Source: a virus
Taxonomy: Duplodnaviria; Heunggongvirae; Uroviricota; Caudoviricetes
Reading direction: 5' to 3' (one strand)
Length of the DNA: 64,000 nt
Virus record (IMG/VR): IMGVR_UViG_3300044878_000087
Coordinates: 130,432-194,431 of that record
A program made the position numbers and the translations under genes. The notes under the pieces are model-generated. The model saw only the letters and a list, made by a program, of their open reading frames with translations. It searched no databases and was not told the DNA's origin. Positions 44,212-53,490 of the stretch are shown one piece after another (the stretch's first letter is position 1; each line of letters opens with the position of its first letter).

Positions 44212-45567
44212 TTATTCATCAGCCTTCTTTAGCAAATAGCTATTGCTGATGCACTTGAACGACAGGATCTTGTTACGAGCTTTGAACACGAAGCCTTCGC
44301 GGTAGGTACCTTTCTTCTGGTTGAAAGCACGTTGACCTTCAGCCATAGCCAGGATATCTTTCACGGTAGCATCTTTCGGGATCACGAACGACTCGTGTGC
44401 AACAGGAACGTAGGTCAGACCCAGTTCAGCTACGATGACACGAGCTTCATCCGGCAGCAGTTCTTCGTTACCATTGCGGAACACCGAGAACACGTAGAAC
44501 TCATGTTTCTCAACGCCTTCGAAGTTCGACTGGATGTCAGGACCGATCAGCTCACCTTGAACGGTGATGTACTGACCAGTACGAGCTTGGTATGCTTTCA
44601 GCTTCTGGACGACTTCATGTTCTTTCACGTAGCGGGTGAAGTTGTTCTCAGTAACCAAAGCCCCCTTACGCCATTCAGGCCAGTGGATGCGTTTGACTTT
44701 GAACATCTTACGGTTACGTGCCAGGAAAGAACCAGTCCAGTAACGAATCTGATCTAGCAGCGACCACGGTGCAGCATCCCCCAGCGACAGCTCGAAGTTA
44801 CGCGAGCAGACACCGGTACGAACACCACTATCGTCGAGGCAGAACACAGTCATCGAAGAACCATCCAGCTTATAGGTAACTTCGAATTCAGTTCCGTCTT
44901 CTTGAGCCAGAGTGAACGCAACAGTTTTGTTCTGTACGCGATCTTGGTCGGACTTGATCAGTTGACCAGGCCATGGCATCAGCGAACCATCCAGACCTTT
45001 CAGGATGCGACGAACCAACCGACCATACCAATCCGAAGCTGCTACCGCGCCATTACCGTCACGTTCAGTTTGTGGCTTTGGCTCGTACTTCAGGATACCG
45101 AGCTCCAGAGTCAGGTTGGTATCTACTGGCAGATCCTTGTACTTGTCAGGGACCGGAACCAACAGACCTTGCGACAGTTCTTTACGCAGCTTGATGGTAG
45201 ACAGGCGATGGTAGTTCTCACCGTTTACACGACGGTTCGACGAACGACGTTCTTCCAGGAAACCGAAGAGTTCCACGTTCGACAGTGGAAGCAGAGAGTC
45301 GATCTCACAATAAACTGCGCGTTCGCCTTTCTTGTACTCACCGATCTTGACACACAGTTGCCAGCCACCTACAACTGCCAGTTCCAGTGCATCGGCATTA
45401 GGGTGCTTAACCACATCATTGATTTCCACGATACGGGCAAGCTTACGATCTTTTTCTACAACACCGAAACCATCACGGATCGGCTTTTCTTCAACTACAG
45501 GTGCTACAACTGCTTCGGTCATTGCAAGTTCCTCGTGTGATATTGAAACAGATTCCTCTGTAATCAA
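44212..45567 (-). CDS. ATP-dependent RNA ligase fused to an N-terminal tRNA-binding OB-fold (Myf/EMAP-like, KHPNADALELAVVGGWQ) domain
   Basis: nucleotidyltransferase motif I YKLDGSS, motif IV REGFVFK, motif V LSFKCISNSYLLKK; N-terminal KHPNAD tRNA-binding signature. Confidence 0.75.
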   Translation of the reverse strand: MITEESVSISHEELAMTEAVVAPVVEEKPIRDGFGVVEKDRKLARIVEINDVVKHPNADALELAVVGGWQLCVKIGEYKKGERAVYCEIDSLLPLSNVELFGFLEERRSSNRRVNGENYHRLSTIKLRKELSQGLLVPVPDKYKDLPVDTNLTLELGILKYEPKPQTERDGNGAVAASDWYGRLVRRILKGLDGSLMPWPGQLIKSDQDRVQNKTVAFTLAQEDGTEFEVTYKLDGSSMTVFCLDDSGVRTGVCSRNFELSLGDAAPWSLLDQIRYWTGSFLARNRKMFKVKRIHWPEWRKGALVTENNFTRYVKEHEVVQKLKAYQARTGQYITVQGELIGPDIQSNFEGVEKHEFYVFSVFRNGNEELLPDEARVIVAELGLTYVPVAHESFVIPKDATVKDILAMAEGQRAFNQKKGTYREGFVFKARNKILSFKCISNSYLLKKADE

Positions 45568-45586
45568 TAATCAACACGAGTACTTT

Positions 45587-45970
45587 TTAGCAGATCACTG
45601 TAATAGTAGTGACCTTGTTGTTGCTAACGCCAGACTCGACACGGAATGTCCATGCGTCTGTGCCGACACGCCAATGCGGATAACGCATTACCGTTACAGC
45701 CATGTCTGGTGTATATTGAACCTGCAACGTTTTGATGACTTGATCTACGCTGTATGGCTTATCTACCAAAGTGTCAAGCGTAGCGATGGTAACGCGTTTG
45801 TAAGACCATGGGCGAGTAAACAATGTGAGTATCCAGAACACCCACACGATACATGCAATCAGACTATCGATGATGCTGTTCTGAATATACCAGTACCATG
45901 CCTCATCTTTAGGCTTACGACGTTTCAGTTCACCTGTGGCCAAAGAAAACAAATACATCAACTTTTCCAT
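45587..45970 (-). CDS. membrane protein (127 aa)
   Basis: ORF with a TM segment. Confidence 0.45.
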   Translation of the reverse strand: MEKLMYLFSLATGELKRRKPKDEAWYWYIQNSIIDSLIACIVWVFWILTLFTRPWSYKRVTIATLDTLVDKPYSVDQVIKTLQVQYTPDMAVTVMRYPHWRVGTDAWTFRVESGVSNNKVTTITVIC

Positions 45971-46197
45971 TACACGATCTCCTCAAGGTATTGCAAATCA
46001 GCTTTAGTAAAGAATGCCGTGTCACTAACAGGTTTGCCTTCATGCATGATGAACCACCATTTCTCACCATACGCTGGCATGAGTTCAATGTCAACGCCAG
46101 TGGTCAGAATGCCGGGATAATTATTACAGAAGCATTCTCCACCGAAAACATTGTTCTCGAACTCACTTCTTTCTTTTACCTTTACTCGCTTCTTCAT
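45970..46197 (-). CDS. small hypothetical protein (75 aa)
   Basis: ORF, coupled. Confidence 0.4.
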   Translation of the reverse strand: MKKRVKVKERSEFENNVFGGECFCNNYPGILTTGVDIELMPAYGEKWWFIMHEGKPVSDTAFFTKADLQYLEEIV

Positions 46198-46588
46198 GTG
46201 CGGTATCCTGTTGGTTTTCGGTCAGGATGAAATCAAGTTGCATGATTTCGGTTACGTTACCATTAGAGTCACGCATCATACGTGCACCCAAAGTAACTTT
46301 GCCACGATGGCGTTCCAGTGCATCACGTCGACCACCATGGAAGTGGGCAACGAAAGAATAGGAGTTTTCTCCAGCGTCGTATACAGGCTCTTTGAGCACA
46401 GCGCATACGTTGGATGGGTTGATCTGCTGCAAGCGCCACAGGCGACGCTTAGGTTCCTTGTATGGAGTCAGATCAGGAATACCATACTCGGTCTGCATAC
46501 CGATGACTTTGTGTTTGGCGATATACGCTTCGAGAGCTTCTTTATAGCCTTCTGGTTTTGTATTGAGGTCAATCTTTGTTCGAAACAC
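46163..46588 (-). CDS. hypothetical protein (141 aa)
   Basis: ORF. Confidence 0.5.
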   Translation of the reverse strand: MFRTKIDLNTKPEGYKEALEAYIAKHKVIGMQTEYGIPDLTPYKEPKRRLWRLQQINPSNVCAVLKEPVYDAGENSYSFVAHFHGGRRDALERHRGKVTLGARMMRDSNGNVTEIMQLDFILTENQQDTAHEEASKGKRKK

Positions 46589-46601
46589 TTGTTCTTCCTT
46601 T

Positions 46602-46814
46602 TTACATCAAGTTGTGGTAGTATTGTTTTTCTGCTCCGCCAACCAGGCAGACCATCAGCATTAATAACAGAAAGGCAATGGCTACACCGAAACACCAGTC
46701 TACTCGATCCCTGGCATCGATGCGATCCGTATAGCATCCCCAGAATACAAACAGGGCCATTAACATACCCAAGCCCAGAGTTACCAGTGCTGAAATGAGT
46801 GTAATCATAATCAT
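46602..46814 (-). CDS. small membrane protein (70 aa)
   Basis: hydrophobic ORF. Confidence 0.4.
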   Translation of the reverse strand: MIMITLISALVTLGLGMLMALFVFWGCYTDRIDARDRVDWCFGVAIAFLLLMLMVCLVGGAEKQYYHNLM

Positions 46815-46824
46815 CCAGAATAAA

Positions 46825-46843
46825 GCCTCCCCATAAGGGAGGC
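46825..46843 (-). terminator. hairpin GCCTCCC-UUAUG-GGGAGGC followed by TTTATTCTGG
   Basis: after the stop of the thymidylate synthase gene. Confidence 0.45.
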
Positions 46844-46852
46844 AGTATGTCG

Positions 46853-48313
46853 TTATACAGCCACAGGTGCTTCAATGGCAGGCTGTGGATTGTAGCCCAC
46901 AACTTCCAAGTCATGATAAGTCATGTCGAGGATCGAAGTACCGATTGGGAGTTTGATGTTCAACCGAGGTAGCTCATTATGCGGTGTGCGCTCTTGTTGT
47001 TCTCTTACCTGATCTAGATGGTTCAGATAAATGTGAGCATCGCCGACCATGTGCACGAGTTCTTCACCGTACATGTTGAATTGATGTGCCAGCTTGTGCG
47101 TCAAAGACGAATAGAACGTCAGGTTGTATGGTGCACCCAAGAACACGTCATTAGAACGCATATAGAAGATGCAAGTCAAGCCACGACGTGGAACATTCAG
47201 TTCATCGAGATAAGCATGGAGTTTATGCTCATCCCGTTTATAAGAACCATCTTCCACATGCATGAACACACCCAATGGATACGGTTCATGTGTCGTATAG
47301 ATGTCAGCACGACTACGCTTTGCGATGTCACTATGCAGCTCATCACGTTCACGCATCCAACGCTTCACGTAAATGTCATAGCGTTTTTCAGCAGACAGCT
47401 CACGCGTCCAGAACTGAATGAACGAGTGGCATGGAGGTAAAGCTTGTTCATCTACATACGCTGGGTTCCATGGGCACAGAATCAAGCGACGGGAATCTGG
47501 ATTGTTTTCCAGATCACGCAATAAGTTAGCTACCTGATCGATCTTACGAGTCATGCAGCGCTCATAACCTGAATCCATTGCAATCGTAAACCCGCGAGCT
47601 TTCATCTTCTCAGTAAGGGCTTCAAATTCTGCAATGGCGATATCTTGCTCTTCTGGATTACTCCACGAACCACACTTGATGTGACGGGTGTCTTCGATGT
47701 TACGGAACATCTCACCGTAGACTTTACCGAGTTCACCATCAACTACTTCTTGATCAGAGATACCCAGAGCTACGAAGAACTTGAACCAGATTGGATCTTC
47801 TTGATCCATCCAACTCATCCAGTTCTTGGCATCCTCGGTTTTGTCGAAAATGCCGTGGTGCTTCTTGATCCCTGGGGTTCCTACGTATTCGTAGATATTA
47901 AAGTCATCGCTTTCATAGACAAGTGTCCATACTGGTACAACGTCAGGCGTAGCACCAATGTCTAATACTACTGGCCGATCCCAACCGAAATGGTTACGCT
48001 TGTAGACACGACGCATTTCTTTCAGCAAACGTGGGCGATAGGTACCCGTACCTTCCAGTACCCATTCATCCCAGATGTTACAGTTGTTCTCTTTCAAGAA
48101 CTTCAGGCGGGTATCACCGGAGATCATCCAGTCTTCTTCGACCTGACCAGTTTTCAGATGAATCTTTTTGGTCGACACTGCAGCCAAGCGATAATCACTG
48201 ATGTCATAACGACGCATAACACCAGGTGCAGAAATTGTACCCGTTTTGGTGCGGTCTTCTTTTTGTGTACCACGATGCAGAACTTCCGTCTGCATAGTCA
48301 AGTAGTCTTTCAC
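46853..48313 (-). CDS. thymidylate synthase family enzyme (ThyA or dUMP hydroxymethylase-like) with a ~110-aa insertion after the NIWDEW motif
   Basis: N-terminal MKDYL..VL..GT.K.DRT.TGT; LPPCHSFIQFW active-site Cys; RSNDVFLGAPYN (Asn suggests uracil specificity). Confidence 0.8.
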   Translation of the reverse strand: MKDYLTMQTEVLHRGTQKEDRTKTGTISAPGVMRRYDISDYRLAAVSTKKIHLKTGQVEEDWMISGDTRLKFLKENNCNIWDEWVLEGTGTYRPRLLKEMRRVYKRNHFGWDRPVVLDIGATPDVVPVWTLVYESDDFNIYEYVGTPGIKKHHGIFDKTEDAKNWMSWMDQEDPIWFKFFVALGISDQEVVDGELGKVYGEMFRNIEDTRHIKCGSWSNPEEQDIAIAEFEALTEKMKARGFTIAMDSGYERCMTRKIDQVANLLRDLENNPDSRRLILCPWNPAYVDEQALPPCHSFIQFWTRELSAEKRYDIYVKRWMRERDELHSDIAKRSRADIYTTHEPYPLGVFMHVEDGSYKRDEHKLHAYLDELNVPRRGLTCIFYMRSNDVFLGAPYNLTFYSSLTHKLAHQFNMYGEELVHMVGDAHIYLNHLDQVREQQERTPHNELPRLNIKLPIGTSILDMTYHDLEVVGYNPQPAIEAPVAV

Positions 48314-48336
48314 ATCTAACTCCTATTGGTTATACA

Positions 48337-48921
48337 TCATTGCCACAGTGCGTCATTTTTCCAGGTTGGGTGTTCTGGATTGAATACCACACAGAGATCA
48401 CGATTATGATGCAGTACCAATCGTGGCCAATCAGTAACTTTGTTCAGCGCTATTTGTAACTGTGTCAAGGTATAGTCGTAGATATCCAGATGACCACTGA
48501 GTTGGATACCTGCGGACAAATTCGGTACACGGTATACTCCATCACCTAATTCTAGATAGAGTGGTTTTTCCATGTGGTCTTTTGTCAGCGTCAGTCGAAC
48601 TTTCTCAAATTCAATCCGAGCCAAGTTCTGAATACGGATCTCACCCGTCGTGGTGTTGAACTGAATGGTGGAGATCAGTTCATCGAATGGTAAGCGATTA
48701 CGATAGATGTTCACATGCTTACGTTCACCATAGCTGGAGTACTGTACGGTAAACCCACCTTTAGGCATAGCGCCTTCTTTCGTCAACAATGTACCGCTAA
48801 CGAAATCTACGTTATTACCGATCAGTTCTGCCATGACCATTGCAGCACTGGTAAAGTGGATATCCACATCGAACTCAGTACGTTCACCTGTTGGTTTTTC
48901 ACAACCTGCACAGCAACCCAT
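48337..48921 (-). CDS. hypothetical protein (194 aa)
   Basis: RBS TAGGAG. Confidence 0.5.
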   Translation of the reverse strand: MGCCAGCEKPTGERTEFDVDIHFTSAAMVMAELIGNNVDFVSGTLLTKEGAMPKGGFTVQYSSYGERKHVNIYRNRLPFDELISTIQFNTTTGEIRIQNLARIEFEKVRLTLTKDHMEKPLYLELGDGVYRVPNLSAGIQLSGHLDIYDYTLTQLQIALNKVTDWPRLVLHHNRDLCVVFNPEHPTWKNDALWQ

Positions 48922-48955
48922 TTAATGCTCCTAATGACAAAAAAGAAAATAGGAT

Positions 48956-48973
48956 GGGGACCCGAAGGTCCCC
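48956..48973 (-). terminator. hairpin GGGGACC-UUCG-GGTCCCC followed by ATCCTATTTTCTTTTTTG
   Basis: GC stem plus a U-run after the stop of the NAMPT-like gene. Confidence 0.5.
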
Positions 48974-48979
48974 GTCCGA

Positions 48980-50812
48980 TTATGCGGCTTCTTTGAGTTC
49001 TGTGAAGAACGATTCGCGTGCGATCGACGCTTCGATACGTTCACGCATCTCAGACAACTTCACTTGACGCAGGAACTTACCATTACGGAACAACGGTTTC
49101 AGTTCACCCGATCCTTCCATCAGATTATCCCAGGTCATTTCGACTTCCTGTTCGAGACGGTAGTTGTGATCAGCATCCCGTACTACGCGCAGGAAGCCTT
49201 TAGCAGACTTCTTGGACAGTGCGGTCTTCGGATCTTTGTACAGCTCGATCAGTTCATCGTTCACTTCACAAGCAGTGGCCTTCATCGCCATGCCGAAAGT
49301 ATCACGGGTGTTCATCTGGTAGGTATAGGAACCGATACCCAGTACAACGTTCGACGATGCGAAGCCTTTCTCCGCCAGACGACGGAAGATTTCTTCAGTA
49401 CGTTCTACAGTGATCGAGTCACCATAGATCAGACCGATGTATTCATTCAGGACTTTGTAGCCCTTGGTGTTTACATGGCCACCGAAAGAAGCCCACAGCG
49501 ATTCGATAGCACCACGAGCTTCCACTTCACGCATTTCACGACCGAGGAATTCCTCAGCAGTGGAGTTGCTGAACTGGTGCGGGTTGCGGTGATTCTGGAG
49601 TTCGTAGTATTTGTCACCGATACGGATAGCTTCACCGTTGACAGCTTCCCAACCGAAGTCGTGCAACGCGGTCTTGAATGCTTCCATCGAGCCGAATTCG
49701 ACAAGATAGAAACCGCAGATCACGTGAACTGGATTACCCGAGTCTGGACGCACAACAACTTTGGCCAGACCGATCTCGTTCTTGATACGGCTTTCGATCT
49801 CAGCACGGATCGAAGGCAGCAGGTCTGCGATCACCGACCAGAAGTCGAACGAGTCACATACCAACGAGATGATACCGGTCTTCACTTTCTGCAGGATGAT
49901 TTCCAGAATGTATTCACGCTCACATTCCAGTTTCAGCTTGTCGACGAAAGCAGCCCAGTTCTCAGGAGCCACGGAATCCAGCTTGGAATCTTTGTCCAGC
50001 CATTTCAGCTTTTGTTTCAGGCGGGTCAGGATATTCGCAGTAGCCACGGCGTGTTCGGTAGCAGTAACAGAACCAGCAATGAGTTCCACGTCCGAATTCG
50101 CGTGATACAGTGCTTCCAGGTAATCGATAGCCGGGATGGTATCGGTACCAGCGAAAGGTAGCATGTGGCCAGCATTGGAACGACCAGCAGCTTCTGGACC
50201 AGGCATACCACGGAACGAGAAGTCGTGACCTTGCCAGATGATGTGATCACGGTTATCACAGGTACGCTCAGCCCAGTCTTCCATAACCCGACGATATTCG
50301 TAGGCGATGGTAGCGTTGGTGATCGACTGCCAGTTATACGAACTGGTGATGGTTTCCAGGTAGTTAACCAACCAGTAGTGTTCTTTATTATCATCGGAAC
50401 TGTAGACAACCCACAGCGGGATACCGATGTTAACACGTTCACCTTCTTCCAGTGCCAACACCGTGACAGGCAGGTAACCCAGGTCGTGCAGCTTAGCGAT
50501 CTGTTTGGTGGAGATGACGTCTTTACCACAAGCGTTATCGAAACGACGCTTGGTTTCTTTGATTGCTTTCTTCTTCTCTACTTGGAAGAAGGTACGATCC
50601 CACAGCTCAACCAGTTCTTGCCAGGTGCCATAGAGACCGAAGTTCACGACTTTGTTATCGTAGTGAACGGAGCAGGATTTCGAGTTCAGGAAGTTCTTCG
50701 CCGAACGCGGGGTGAAGTTTGAATACTTCCGGGTCGTGCCTTCCGGATACAGAGGACCGTGACCAGGTTTGTAGAAGTCGGTACCAGTTGCTGCTTTAAG
50801 CCATTGTGCCAT
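48980..50812 (-). CDS. NAMPT/PBEF-family phosphoribosyltransferase (610 aa); candidate Namat (nicotinamide ADPR transferase) or NadV
   Basis: matches to NAMPT motifs: HDFSFRG...AGTDT, RPDSGNP, IYGDS, LGIGSYTYQ; sits next to the Prs-like gene. Confidence 0.85.
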   Translation of the reverse strand: MAQWLKAATGTDFYKPGHGPLYPEGTTRKYSNFTPRSAKNFLNSKSCSVHYDNKVVNFGLYGTWQELVELWDRTFFQVEKKKAIKETKRRFDNACGKDVISTKQIAKLHDLGYLPVTVLALEEGERVNIGIPLWVVYSSDDNKEHYWLVNYLETITSSYNWQSITNATIAYEYRRVMEDWAERTCDNRDHIIWQGHDFSFRGMPGPEAAGRSNAGHMLPFAGTDTIPAIDYLEALYHANSDVELIAGSVTATEHAVATANILTRLKQKLKWLDKDSKLDSVAPENWAAFVDKLKLECEREYILEIILQKVKTGIISLVCDSFDFWSVIADLLPSIRAEIESRIKNEIGLAKVVVRPDSGNPVHVICGFYLVEFGSMEAFKTALHDFGWEAVNGEAIRIGDKYYELQNHRNPHQFSNSTAEEFLGREMREVEARGAIESLWASFGGHVNTKGYKVLNEYIGLIYGDSITVERTEEIFRRLAEKGFASSNVVLGIGSYTYQMNTRDTFGMAMKATACEVNDELIELYKDPKTALSKKSAKGFLRVVRDADHNYRLEQEVEMTWDNLMEGSGELKPLFRNGKFLRQVKLSEMRERIEASIARESFFTELKEAA

Positions 50813-50830
50813 GTTGAATCAATTCCTTGT

Positions 50831-51775
50831 TTACAGGTGCGTAAATGCGATCAGGTTTTCAGGATTGGTTTCACGTTCTGGAAGATCAACGTGATAGGTG
50901 TTCATGGTGTAGACTTTGTCGAAGACGTCAGTCAGGACCTGGACACCAGCAGAGAAGATGCCGTGAGTTACATACAGCGACAACGAACCCAGATCGTAGT
51001 CCTTCAGAACTTTTGCCAGTTCAGTAAAGGTACGGCCACCATCACAGATGTCGTCAACGATCAACAGGTCTTCACCAGCCAGATCAGTCAACTCCATAAC
51101 TTCATTGCCAGCAACGAAGCTATCGACGGTAGTACGCAGGATCTTGCCGTCACGAGTATTACGAACTTTGTTGGCGTATACTACACCTTTAAAGCCGAAC
51201 TCTTTGGCTAGCGATTCTACTTTCTTGCGTGCCCCAGCATCAGGCGCTACCAGAATGGTATTCGAAGGATCGATGCGATGATCACTCGCCCAGTCCAGCA
51301 TGTGCTTACGGAACAGATCGTTCAGCGAGAACACGCGTGCATTGTTCAGTACCGAGCCGATTACGTCTGAGTGTGGATCGGTCAGAATCACACGTTCTAC
51401 GTCCAGGCTGTTGATGACATGAGCAAATGCCTTAGCCGAGTTCGCTTCACCTGGATTGCACACACGGTCTTGACGAGCGTATGGCATGTAACCGATGTCC
51501 AACGTGATCGATGGGTTGGCCACAACGGCGTTCTCACGGATAGCGTTCACAGCCATGATCAGAGACCATGCTGCAGCAGCGTCGGGTAATGCGGCAACGA
51601 TACGATAGCTTTCGCCTTTGTACCACTGACCTTCACGACCCAGGCCATCTTCACGAGGGATCGATACGTTTACTTCACCTGCAGGAAACATCCGACCGTC
51701 ACGAATTTTGGATGGGAATGTATGTGTCACCCCCAAACCTTCTTGCGAAACGATCAACTTCAAATTCTGACTCAT
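50831..51775 (-). CDS. ribose-phosphate pyrophosphokinase family protein (Prs/Adps-like)
   Basis: IGYMPYARQDR and the PRPP-binding motif LLIVDDICDGGRTF; 314 aa. Confidence 0.85.
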   Translation of the reverse strand: MSQNLKLIVSQEGLGVTHTFPSKIRDGRMFPAGEVNVSIPREDGLGREGQWYKGESYRIVAALPDAAAAWSLIMAVNAIRENAVVANPSITLDIGYMPYARQDRVCNPGEANSAKAFAHVINSLDVERVILTDPHSDVIGSVLNNARVFSLNDLFRKHMLDWASDHRIDPSNTILVAPDAGARKKVESLAKEFGFKGVVYANKVRNTRDGKILRTTVDSFVAGNEVMELTDLAGEDLLIVDDICDGGRTFTELAKVLKDYDLGSLSLYVTHGIFSAGVQVLTDVFDKVYTMNTYHVDLPERETNPENLIAFTHL

Positions 51776-52113
51776 GCAGCTTCCTTTTCTTCCGCTTTGT
51801 GAATTGCAGTGAACACCAGGACAACATCACCCAGTTTTGTTTTGATATTGCTTTCAGCTTCATACCGGCAAGTGGTCAGGTCCATGTCGAGATGGGTTTC
51901 CTGATCACCACAACGTACCAGGAATCGTGCAACCTTCCCGAGTTCTACACCGCGTGCAATCACTTCGACTTCATTCGTCAGAATGTTATCGCCATGGAAA
52001 GCACCAACGAACGTAACTACATCGCACCCAGCATCACGTTGCAGGAAACGATCTTTGTGATAGGTCATTTCTTCTGGGTAAACACTGAAGTCATGACGTA
52101 CGAAATTGTCCAT
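51772..52113 (-). CDS. hypothetical protein (113 aa), coupled between the AAA+ ATPase and the Prs-like gene
   Basis: ATGA overlap with the Prs-like start. Confidence 0.5.
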   Translation of the reverse strand: MDNFVRHDFSVYPEEMTYHKDRFLQRDAGCDVVTFVGAFHGDNILTNEVEVIARGVELGKVARFLVRCGDQETHLDMDLTTCRYEAESNIKTKLGDVVLVFTAIHKAEEKEAA

Positions 52114-52122
52114 GTTATCCTC

Positions 52123-53490
52123 TTATGCAGCCGATACTAACTCCTGTGTGGGAGCAGTGCTTTTGTTCTTGAGTGGGCGCGGTGGCTCTGGTTGTATAGC
52201 GTAGTTCTCCGCGACGTATTTGTCGTCCAACGTTCCCAGCTTATCAATGAAAGCCAGGTGATCGTTAGGATGCTCCATGAAGATCCCTGCCAAAGTAGAA
52301 GCGGGAGTATCTGGGTACATTACATTACGATCGTAAGTAGGATTATCATACATCGTATCGATATAGCGCTTGATCTCAGGATCTTTAAGCGGCAGCACTT
52401 CGATCAGCTTGTTCACACGAGACGGACGGTAGACCGCTGGGTCGATCAGTTCCAGGTGGTTAGTAGTCAGTACGATAATAATGTCATCGAGCTCTACAAC
52501 ACCTTGCAGGACGTTGAGGAAGGTACTGAGCTGGATCTCACAGTCCATCAACAACGCTTCTGGTTTCTTATCAGCTCCACCGCCATCGAAGTCGGAGATC
52601 TCCATCTTCTTCGGACCGGTACGACGATGCAATGTCTTCACATCATCGAAGTCTTCAATGACCAGCATATCACCCGGCGAGAGCTTACCCATTAGTTCAA
52701 CGAGTTGTCTGCCATGGGACGCCAGGTTCAAGAAGTGGATGTCACGTTTGTACTTACGGGCACCACGTTTGATAAGCGACGTTTTACCAGTACCCGGAGG
52801 ACCGTGGAGAACGATGGTGTGCTTGTAAGCCAAACCACGTTTACGATACCAGGATTCATTGTTGATGTACCAGTCAATAGAACCGAAGAAGTCTTTCTCT
52901 ACTTCGGGATCGATAACTAGCGTTTCATCAACATCTAAACGCAAACGACCCTGATAACTCCAGCCCTCGTTATGAGGACCGTAGATACGGATGGAATCTT
53001 TGCATGGTTTGATTCGGAACTCTTCCACTAGTTCTTCGAATGGTTGTGTGGTTCGACCGAAAGTGTAGAGGGTGAACTCTTCCTTCTCGATATCGGTACC
53101 AGACGAATCCAAACGACGTACGTTGAACCAGAAGTAACGACCTTTCCAGATAAACCAGTGGAAGCCACCACCCGGACCGAATGCAGGATTATCACGATCG
53201 AAGGTTACCCGACGATTGCGATCGTACTTAGCCCATTTCGAATTGGAGAACCAACGCATGAACTCAGCGTAGTTCTGCAAGTCCATGGAGTACGTACCAG
53301 CACGCGTGAACGTCATCGATGAAATCGTGTTACGCTTGACGAAGTTCCACGCCGAAGTGGGGATAGTCCGCCCCAAATAACCCAACAGACCCATGAGACC
53401 TAACGTCATGAAACCTTTGACGGTAGAGTCCCCTGAGCTGAGCATTTCAAGCGTCTTGTGAAAGAACGCCAAGATGTCCGTGATTAACAT
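52123..53490 (-). CDS. BCS1-like membrane-anchored AAA+ ATPase
   Basis: N-terminal TM helix; Walker A LHGPPGTGKTS; Walker B MLVIEDFDD; BCS1-type architecture. Confidence 0.8.
   Translation of the reverse strand: MLITDILAFFHKTLEMLSSGDSTVKGFMTLGLMGLLGYLGRTIPTSAWNFVKRNTISSMTFTRAGTYSMDLQNYAEFMRWFSNSKWAKYDRNRRVTFDRDNPAFGPGGGFHWFIWKGRYFWFNVRRLDSSGTDIEKEEFTLYTFGRTTQPFEELVEEFRIKPCKDSIRIYGPHNEGWSYQGRLRLDVDETLVIDPEVEKDFFGSIDWYINNESWYRKRGLAYKHTIVLHGPPGTGKTSLIKRGARKYKRDIHFLNLASHGRQLVELMGKLSPGDMLVIEDFDDVKTLHRRTGPKKMEISDFDGGGADKKPEALLMDCEIQLSTFLNVLQGVVELDDIIIVLTTNHLELIDPAVYRPSRVNKLIEVLPLKDPEIKRYIDTMYDNPTYDRNVMYPDTPASTLAGIFMEHPNDHLAFIDKLGTLDDKYVAENYAIQPEPPRPLKNKSTAPTQELVSAA

Noticed and set aside
47500-48000. 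Intein in the thymidylate synthase insertion
   Set aside because: The insert does not begin with Cys/Ser/Thr, does not end in His-Asn plus a nucleophile, and has no endonuclease motifs.
49064-50161. 365-aa plus-strand ORF antisense to the NAMPT-like gene (also 49761-50105 and 50165-50722)
   Set aside because: These are antisense to a gene with clear NAMPT motifs, and all surrounding genes are on the - strand.
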